5,890 bases of DNA from Fonticula alba ATCC 38817 (Eukaryota; Protista; Nucleariida): the NCBI GenBank assembly GCA_000388065.2, contig KB932206.1; one strand, written 5' to 3'. The notes beneath the pieces are model-generated. The model did no database searches. It saw only the letters and a program-made list of their open reading frames with translations, and was not told where the DNA came from. This document shows, piece after piece, positions 1-5,890 of the stretch; within the stretch, counting starts at the first letter, position 1; each line of letters opens with the position of its first letter. A program made the position numbers and the translations under genes.

Positions 1-33
1 TGGCGAGTGTGTGTGGGTGTGTGCGTGGAGAGG

Positions 34-68
<35 letters not shown>

Positions 69-198
69 GAATGCGTGTGCTCATGCGCTCGTGCGTGTGG
101 CATGAACACACAGACGCATGCGGGCCCAGGAAAAGGGGAGCAAAAGAACTGACGATGGAAAAGGGGCGGAGGGAGATCCAACAAACAAGCCGACGCAC
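1..198 (-). other. Probable phase-2 intron of the RS-rich gene (runs off the window)
   Basis: GTGCGT donor at 198-193, followed by a pyrimidine-rich stretch, CA/CG-alternating sequence and a C32 tract. Same architecture as intron 4902-5152. Confidence 0.65.
35..66. repeat. G32 homopolymer (intronic; C tract on the transcribed strand)
   Basis: Read directly from the sequence. Confidence 0.95.
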
Positions 199-695
199 TA
201 GGTGTACTGAGAAAGGTCGACGGCTCCGCGGTCGGCTCGGCGTTGCCGGACGGCCCCCGGACTCCGGGACCGGGACCGGGCACCACGGCGGCGGCCGGGT
301 CCCGGCGACGTCCGACGAGGGCCAGCCACATGCCGACCGCCGCGGCCAGGGGAATCCCCAGGACCACGATCAGAAGCAAGACCACCGGCAGGACCGCCGC
401 GGCGACCATCATCGAGGCCAGGGCCACGCTCCCCACGGCCAAAACCACCAGACTGGTAGCCGCCATGGCGGCGACGGTGATCGTCGCGCATAGCCCGGTC
501 ATCAGCGGGGCTGATGCTACGACTGCGGCTCCGGTGGCCACGTTCCGCGCGAGGATCGCCAGCCGCCGCGGGGTGGTGGCCATCACGAGGGCCGTGGCGG
601 TCGCGGGTGTCGTCGTAGTGGCCGCGGTCCGATCGCCGGCCATATTCCGGCCGCCGATCGCGATCCCAGTGCGCGGTCCGGCTTGAGTGACGGTC

Positions 696-730
<35 letters not shown>

Positions 731-792
731 TTCGTCCGTGTCGCCGGTAGCGATCATCCTCTCGGGGCCGGGACTCATAGTTGCGGTGGCCG

Positions 793-836
<44 letters not shown>

Positions 837-1187
837 ACCTCGGCTGGGCTCACGGTCTCGACTGGACTCACGGCCTCGACTGGACTCACGGTCCCGAAGG
901 TCCCGGCTGGGGGCCCGGTCGGCGGGGAGGGCGGATGACCCGGCAGACTTGCCGCTCGGGGAGGCGGTGTGCTCATCGGTCGTCGGGTCACTTGTGCTGA
1001 GAATCTGCGCACGGATGCGCGGACGCGAGGAGGAAGTGGTGGGTCTGGCAGATGCAGAGCCAGCTTCCCCGGATGGCATCAGGTCCTGCTGCTCGAGGAC
1101 TTGGGGCGCGATGCGGACACGGGTGGAGCCGGCGGCGGCGGCGGCGGCGGATTCAGTTGTCCCCTCCTCGTAGGCCGGGACGCCCAT
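199..1187 (-). CDS. Arg/Ser-rich (RS-domain) protein, first coding exon, 3'-partial; probable nuclear RNA-processing/splicing-associated protein, family unassigned
   Basis: Open frame of 329 codons from a GCCATGG start at 1187 (MGVPAYEEG...), with RSRSRS runs, RD/RE dipeptides and RSRSRSP motifs. It ends ...DRGAVDLSQYT-TA|GTGCGT, so the apparent TAG at 200-198 overlaps a donor of the same type used by the other introns. The 114 codons upstream of 1187 in the ORF track are pyrimidine-rich and UTR-like, although an upstream exon cannot be excluded. Confidence 0.75.
696..731. repeat. (CCGGCT)6 hexamer encoding an RS run on the minus strand
   Basis: Six perfect copies, read as AGC CGG on the minus strand. 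Confidence 0.95.
793..834. repeat. (CGGCTC)7 hexamer encoding an RS run on the minus strand
   Basis: Seven perfect copies. Confidence 0.95.
839..892. repeat. 18-bp tandem repeat x3 encoding RESSRG/RESSRD/REPSRG
   Basis: Units ctcggctgggctcacggt / ctcgactggactcacggc / ctcgactggactcacggt. Confidence 0.9.
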
Positions 1188-1606
1188 GGCAGAGCAGGTG
1201 GCGTGGATCGGAAGTGGGGGAGGGGGGAGGGTGGTAACGGCGGAGGGGGGGGGGGAGGGAGGCAGGGAAGAGGGGGGCGGGAGACAGGCAGCCGAAACCC
1301 GATGACCCAGCTGCAGCAGAAGGGCGAAGCGCGCGAAAGAAGGGAGCAAAATGCCGGGGTCCGGGGGGAAAGGGGAGTTCACTACCCCGGCCCGAGAGAC
1401 ATTCGCGCACTCGCCATTCTCTTGAGGGTCATGAGGGGGCACAAGCACCCGCGGCCGGATCTTCTTCCCATTCTCCCCCCCCCCCCCCGCACCCTGGAGA
1501 ACCTGCTCTTCTCTGGCCGCCCCACCCATCCAGCCTGTTCACGCCGCCCGGAAAACCGGTGAGCCCTCGGCGAAAAGGCCATGCATGGGGACCCAAGACA
1601 GGATGG

Positions 1607-1658
1607 TCATGTGATATTGCCGATCGGGTGTAGGTCATCGCGTTTGGCTCCCGCCCTG
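1607..1658 (-). CDS. Tentative terminal coding exon of the small gene (...RAGAKRDDLHPIGNIT*)
   Basis: Pyrimidine tract and CAGCAG acceptor at 1661-1656, then a short frame ending TGA at 1609-1607. Frame and acceptor are uncertain because the preceding exon is in the gap; another AG exists at 1691-1690. Confidence 0.3.
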
Positions 1659-1764
1659 CTGCGGGGCGGGGAGCGACGAGGCGGGCTGGCTGGAGGAAGG
1701 CGGGCGAGGAGAGAACACCATCGGGCGTGTGCGGTGTGCATGTAACTGTATTTGAGAGGGCCCC

Positions 1765-1804
1765 CACACAAACACACAAACACACACACACACACATACA
1801 TACA
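1765..1804. repeat. Imperfect (CA)n/(TACA)n microsatellite abutting the gap
   Basis: cacacaaacacacaaacacacacacacacatacataca. Confidence 0.9.
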
Positions 1805-1814
1805 NNNNNNNNNN
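1805..1814. other. Assembly gap (10 N); true length unknown
   Basis: Literal N run, flanked by a CA-type microsatellite on the left and GGC repeats on the right. Confidence 0.99.
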
Positions 1815-1898
1815 GGCGGCAGCGGCGGCGGGGGAGAAGCAATGTCAGCGACTGGGCAGCGGAGGGGGGCGAGAGTGCCGGCCGGGGGGAGGACGCAC

Positions 1899-2003
1899 GA
1901 CGGACACATTGCGGTTGGCGGCGATCTCGGAGTAGACATCGCTCTTGGGGTCCGGGAAGTCCGGATACATCTGGAAAGCGGGAACATCGCTAAGGGGCTC
2001 CAT
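1899..2003 (-). CDS. First coding exon of a small unidentified spliced protein (MEPLSDVPAFQMYPDFPDPKSDVYSEIAANRNVSV)
   Basis: ACCATGG start at 2003, 35 complex codons with mostly C/G third positions, flanked by a CAG acceptor (AG at 2014-2013) and a phase-0 GTGCGT donor at 1898. This frame is not listed in the ORF track. Confidence 0.65.
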
Positions 2004-2012
2004 GGTTGCGGT

Positions 2013-2152
2013 CTGTCGACGGTGGCGGGCGGGGGGAGGGGGGGAGAGAGAGAGAGAGAGAGGGGGTTAGTCAGCGCAACGGGGCGCGCAAGGGAAAGGG
2101 GGGGGGGCAGGGGGCGCTGTCCAAACAAGGAATGGGGCGTGGCAGGACGCAC
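2013..2152 (-). other. Probable 5'-UTR intron (140 nt) of the small gene
   Basis: GAA|GTGCGT donor at 2152, strong branch site CTGACTAAC (2074-2066), (CT)9 tract and GACAG| acceptor 9 nt before the ATG. The upstream exon looks low-complexity and pyrimidine-rich, but coding cannot be excluded. Confidence 0.65.
2044..2061. repeat. (GA)9 microsatellite (polypyrimidine tract of intron 2152-2013)
   Basis: Read directly; lies between the branch site and the acceptor. Confidence 0.9.
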
Positions 2153-3217
2153 TTCACGGGGGAAGGGGCGGAGGGAGGGGGGGGCCTGGCGCGGAGGTAC
2201 TCCTGCGAAGCGAACACTCGGACAAACCGGGCCGGAAGGTGAGACCAGACCAGTGGCTAAGATCCGGGCGAGGGAGGGGGGAGGGGGGACGGCACCCGCG
2301 GCGAGGCGAGAACCGGAGGAAGTTGCTCCACGGGTGGGGGGGAGTGCCGAGCGCTGGAGACGAAAGGAGGGGAAGGGGGGAGGGGGAGGACAGAGACCGA
2401 AGGAGGACGGGATCAACTGCGCGCACGGGGGCGGTGTGAAATGTTGCCTGCGGGCCGGACAGCACCCTCCCAGCGAGGGTGGCCCTTGAGGTGCGGGGCC
2501 GCGCCGGGCGGGGCAGCGAGGACAGACACCGGGGGGAGGGGGGGGGGCGGGGGGCGAGGGGCGCCCACGGCCGCACCCACGCACACCAGCACCGGGCGCA
2601 CTCTCCCCCCCCCCCCTGCAGCCGCCGCCTCGCGGCTGGTCCCGCCGGCGACAGTCAGTAACTTAATCCCGGCGGGGATCTGCCGGGAGCCGACGAAGGC
2701 GGGGCGGGATCGGAGCGGGGCGAGGGGGGTGACGCACGAGCCGCAGGCCGCGCGCATCATTGCCTGAGGTTATCAGCTTGCCGCGCCCCCTCCCCCGCCC
2801 CCCCCCAGAGAGGGACCATGTTCCCCCGGGTGCGATGTGGCCCTGTCTTTGGCCCCAAGCGCAGCGCAACGCGGAGATCGGGCCCCACACCGGGCAGCCG
2901 GCCCCGGGGGAAGAGGACATCACACGGCCGAGACACGCACCCCGGGCCGGGCCACCCCCGCCCGCCCCCATCCGGCGAGCGGACCCGCAGGCGCGCGGCG
3001 CGCGGCGAGGGCACCGGGAACGATGTACAGCCTGGCCGGCGCCGAGGCCGGGCGGGGGGGGGGGGGGTGCTGGGCGATTTTGAACTCGGCGCTCGGGTGG
3101 CCGGGCAGCCGCAGCTCTCCCAGCGGCGCTCCCACATTTGCCGGAGGGCCGAGGCAGCGTGGGACCGTCCGGGCCCCCGGCTGGAAGGCAGGCCCCGGCC
3201 CGATGTGGGGGCAGGGG

Positions 3218-3220
<3 letters not shown>

Positions 3221-3287
<67 letters not shown>
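3221..3287. repeat. G67 homopolymer
   Basis: Read directly; exact length may be unreliable in the assembly. Confidence 0.95.
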
Positions 3288-3289
<2 letters not shown>

Positions 3290-3409
3290 TGCGTGTGGCT
3301 GTGCGTGTACGTCCGGCCCGGCGGCCCCGCTCAAGCTCCGCCTCACTGGCGGCCGAGCGCGCGCGTGTCCCCGCCGGCCGCCGGGTCGGCAAGAAGCCCG
3401 GCGAGCCGG

Positions 3410-3437
3410 CAACAACAACAACAACAACAACAACAAC
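3410..3437. repeat. (CAA)9 trinucleotide microsatellite followed by GATGATGAC
   Basis: Read directly. Confidence 0.95.
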
Positions 3438-4065
3438 GATGATGACAACACCGTGGCCAGCGGCTTGTTTGGGCGCTGGCGGCCAGACGGCCGGGCCGGC
3501 CCCACCCGCCGGCCGGCGTGTCTGTCGCGCTGTGAGCCGGCGCTGCCCCCCCCCCCCCCCGCGCCCCCTGCTACTCGGGGCCCGTGGCAGGACAACAAAC
3601 GTCCGGCGGTGGCCCCTCCGGGAAAGGCCGGAGGGCCGAGCACAGGCGCCCCTTTTCCCCCCCCCCCACATAAGCTGGGGCACCTCCAACCGGCACCCCG
3701 GGAATGCGCGGTCGCCGACTGCAAGGGGCCGGGGGAGCCTGCCGATCGTCCGGAGCCAAGTAGACGGCCGGGGCCGGCGAATGCGCAGGGAAAATGCCCC
3801 CCGCCCGGGGCCCAGGTCCCACCAAGTCGGACACGGGCGCCCCTGTGCGCGGCGAGAGAAGAGGGTCCACACAAACCACGCAGGTGGCTGCTGGCAGCCG
3901 GACCGCCGTGGGTCCGGCCCAGCGAGCATGCCCGCCGGCGATGGTGGCACGCACTAAAGTCCCCCGGCACTCTGGTCGTCGGGTGAAACGCCGCGCACGC
4001 TCAGGCCCCCGGCCCCCCGCCGGGCCCTTGGCTGCGATCTGCCCCGGCCAGGCACCCGCGGCCAA

Positions 4066-4093
4066 TGCGCGTGCGCGTGCGCGTGCGCGTGCG
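4066..4093. repeat. (TGCGCG)4+TGCG alternating purine-pyrimidine repeat
   Basis: Read directly. Confidence 0.9.
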
Positions 4094-4741
4094 AAAACCA
4101 CCACCCACGGACCCCGGCCCTTCGGCCGCCGGCCTTCCGGATGGGCTAACTCCGGCGCCCGGCTCCGGCCCCCCGGCCGGCCGGCTGCCCCAGCCAAAAG
4201 TCCCAGCGCCAGTCCCCCCGGGCGGGGGCACACGGGGTGACGGAGATTCTTCCCCGATAGCATCCCACGGTATGGAGCGGATCGAGGGTTGGCACAACAA
4301 ATTCACCATTAATCGGTACAAGTCCCCGTACAATTCACCTTCGGCCTTCTGGCCCTCGGCCGGTGTGCACGGGCCCCGGCCGCGCCCGCCGCGCCCTCGC
4401 CCGTCCCCAAGTGACCAGGAGGCCAAATTACCGAGACCCCGCCATTGCCGGCCGGCGGCGTACGGCACCGGGGTCTGGCCTAGAAACCAGGGCCGCGTGA
4501 ATCTCCCGACGCCGGGTCACGTGCGCTAACGCGAGATAGCTGGCCTCGCCGCGAAGAAATTCACCGAGGCCGATGGGAGGAGCCCCCTGGCGAAAAAGAC
4601 AAGACACTTTCCGGGCGTCCGCGGGGGGAGAAAGGGCGGGAAGGGGCTTATTTGGGTGGGCGCGAACAAGGGGGGGGGGGGGACAAGGGAAGACACGAGC
4701 CGGCATGAATTAACGCTCGCGGCCGGGGAAGGGCGGTGATA

Positions 4742-4989
4742 TTAATTGGAAACATTGCTCTCGCAGAGGACAATGAAGCACGTGTCCTCGAGGCCGAACT
4801 TGATCACGTCCCGATGCCGGAGCTCGACAAACCGCCTCGGTACGATCTTCTCCCCATTCAAGAGGGTGCCATTGGTCGACTGGAGGTCGATCAGGTAGGG
4901 CCTAGGGAGAGGGGGCAGGGGGAAGAAAAAAAAAGGACAAAGGTGGGGCGGGGCGGGAGGGGAGGACGGTGTGGGGGTTGTGCGGGGGT

Positions 4990-5020
<31 letters not shown>

Positions 5021-5425
5021 CCGCGGTGCGCGGGGGGGGGGGCGGGGGGGGCCGATGTTGGGCGAGTCAGGTCGATGAGCATGTGTGCGTGTATGTGCGC
5101 GTATGTGCGCGTATGTACGTGTATGTGCATGCGCAAGAGAAGAAGCACGCACAGAATCTGCGTGGCCACGGTGCCCGACACCGAGCCGGTGAGAGTGCGC
5201 TTACGGAACTGCACAACGGCATGCTGTCCCGAGACGGAGGGATGATTGACCGGGAGGTCCGCGGCGTTGAGGTCGCGCCCAACCAGAAGGGCACTCCGGT
5301 CGCCGAGGCGCATCATGGCTTCGAAAGGCGGGGGAACAGGCCGGAGACGCGTGGGTGTCAGGAGGCGGTAGGCAGGGGGGAGAGGACGGGGGGAGAGGAC
5401 GGGGGGAGAGGACGGGGCAGCGCAG

Positions 5426-5464
<39 letters not shown>

Positions 5465-5789
5465 AGGGAGGGAGGGGGAAGGAGAGATGGGGGAGTAGAA
5501 ACAAAAGCATAGGCAGTGCGCACTTGGACTGCTGGCGCCTTCCGGCAGAATGGCCAGACGCCACTGGGGATCGCTCGGGCCCGGCCGGGCAGCCTCCAGC
5601 GGTTCGGCATACTTCAGCGCGACACCCTTCTCATTGAGGTTGGACGCGGCTGCTAGGAGGCCTGACAGACCGTAATCAGGTTTTTGTGGCGGCGGAGCGG
5701 CTTCATCGTCAGAAGCCCCCCCGTCGCGGCCAGGAGAGCGGTCCCTGTCCTGGCCGCCATGGCTGGGAGCCTCTGCATCCCGGCGGCCG
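4742..5789 (-). CDS. SNIP1: SNIP1/Pml1/DAWDLE-like FHA-domain protein (RES-complex-type splicing factor), 5'-partial; coding exons 5789-5524, 5318-5153, 4901-4742
   Basis: Manual splicing gives about 196 aa: ...QKPDYGLSGLLAAASNLNEKGVALKYAEPLEAARPGPSDPQWRLAILPEGASSP-T-MMRLGDRSALLVGRDLNAADLPVNHPSVSGQHAVVQFRKRTLTGSVSGTVATQI-L-PYLIDLQSTNGTLLNGEKIVPRRFVELRHRDVIKFGLEDTCFIVLCESNVSN*. This matches the SNIP1 family pattern as I recall it (KPxFxLSGxL...LKYxEPxEARxP...WRLY, then FHA motifs GR, HPSxSxQH, PYxIDLxSxNGT). All junctions are GT-AG and phases agree (1/1 and 2/2). The 5789-5524 exon is absent from the ORF track because it has no start codon in that frame. Confidence 0.92.
4902..5152 (-). other. 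Spliceosomal intron (251 nt, phase 2) inside the FHA domain
   Basis: Donor CT|GTGCGT at 5152, CA/CG-alternating tract, C30 tract, pyrimidine tract, acceptor CCCTAG| at 4903-4902. Splicing gives QI-L-PYLIDL, matching the family's (V/I)xPYxIDL. Confidence 0.88.
4990..5019. repeat. G30 homopolymer in intron 4902-5152
   Basis: Read directly. Confidence 0.95.
5375..5413. repeat. 13-bp tandem repeat (GGGGGGAGAGGAC)3 in intron 5319-5523
   Basis: Three perfect copies. Confidence 0.9.
5428..5457. repeat. (GA)15 microsatellite in intron 5319-5523
   Basis: Read directly. Confidence 0.95.
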
Positions 5790-5890
5790 CTGATGTGTAC
5801 GAAAGCCCATGGGAATTAGTGTTGCCATGTGGATGGTAGGGGACACGGGGGGGGGCAGCCACTCAATGGTCAGTGAGGGCCAGCTGAGGG
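5790..5890 (-). other. 3' end of an upstream intron of the SNIP1-like gene (partial)
   Basis: Branch-site-like ACTAAT (5820-5815), then CAG acceptor (AG at 5791-5790). An in-frame TAA upstream of the acceptor closes the reading frame, so the sequence is intronic or untranslated. Confidence 0.75.

Larger units (their letters stand above)
5319..5523 (-). other. Spliceosomal intron (205 nt, phase 1) of the SNIP1-like gene
   Basis: Donor A|GTGCGC at 5523, (CT)15 tract, CTGAC branch-like site at 5361-5357, acceptor GAAG| at 5320-5319. Splicing restores SSP-T-MMRL in frame. Confidence 0.85.

Noticed and set aside
11-1173. Plus-strand ORFs 11-493, 243-686, 683-1000, 687-938 and 781-1173 (GSGSGS, APAPAP, RLRLRL repeats)
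   Set aside because: They are antisense or alternative-frame shadows of the RS-rich exon; the dipeptide repeats come from the same hexamer.
1188-1529. 114-codon N-terminal extension of ORF 198-1529
   Set aside because: Poly-G and pyrimidine-tract composition typical of UTR, promoter or intron sequence; the ATG at 1187 has a much better context.
1313-1660. Possible fusion of the small gene to the RS exon via a GTGCGG donor near 1487 and a CAG acceptor near 1313
   Set aside because: The only phase-compatible frame is already closed by TGA at 1609-1607.
969-1745. Plus-strand ORF 969-1562 with a downstream TGTAA (1741-1745) resembling a green-algal poly(A) signal
   Set aside because: No recognisable domain or splice support, it overlaps the RS gene antisense, and a single pentamer is expected by chance.
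3289-3315. MRVAVRVRP resembling the start of a kinesin motor domain
   Set aside because: It arises from the TG/CG-alternating tract; no P-loop (GxxGSGKT) or switch motifs follow.
2663-3986. Long overlapping ORFs of 282-435 aa on both strands
   Set aside because: They run through G67 and (CAA)9 as poly-Gly, poly-Pro, poly-Thr, poly-Asn or poly-Leu. Stop codons are scarce at this GC content, and no domain is recognisable.
3955-4155. Second MRP-like pair AAAGTCCCCCG (about 3956-3966) with GGGCTAACT (about 4144-4152)
   Set aside because: The P4 pairing is incomplete and the nearby GAAAC hairpin is not a GARAR loop.
4272-4304. IEGWHNKF resembling the segment around the catalytic Glu of some Mutator-like transposases
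   Set aside because: The usual upstream TNN is missing, there is no other DDE domain sequence, and I see no terminal inverted repeats or target-site duplication.
4280-4320. Minus-strand AATTTGTTG resembling an Sm-binding site
   Set aside because: No U1, U2, U4 or U5 signature sequences or flanking stem-loops are evident.
5653-5862. ORF 5653-5862 on the minus strand as the SNIP1 start
   Set aside because: It is the wrong frame; the SNIP1-like peptide is in another frame that begins after the acceptor at 5790.
1-5890. CRISPR arrays, tRNA or rRNA genes, prokaryotic operon or defence systems, intact mobile elements
   Set aside because: No spaced direct repeats, cloverleaf motifs, rRNA signatures or transposase/RT frames seen; the sequence is intron-containing eukaryotic DNA.

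Overview
Very GC-rich eukaryotic genomic DNA with short spliceosomal introns and a 10-N assembly gap at 1805-1814. The organism cannot be determined from this window; a GC-rich protist or alga is plausible. All three gene models I can support are on the minus strand. (1) The last three coding exons of a divergent SNIP1/Pml1/DAWDLE-type FHA-domain protein, join(5789-5524, 5318-5153, 4901-4742), with consistent splice phases; its 5' part lies beyond the right edge. (2) A small unidentified spliced gene with a probable 5'-UTR intron (2152-2013), first coding exon 2003-1899 (MEPLSDVPAF...), an exon apparently lost in the N gap and a tentative last exon near 1658-1607. (3) The first coding exon (1187-199) of an Arg/Ser-rich protein that continues past the left edge. 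About 2.5 kb (2150-4740) has no convincing gene but has intron-like modules, microsatellites and a few odd motifs. Most long ORFs in the supplied track are GC-rich or antisense artefacts. I do not see solid evidence for a novel biological system; the best leads are the diverged SNIP1 motif, the exon hidden in the gap, the orphan intron module and a weak RNase MRP-like P4 pairing.
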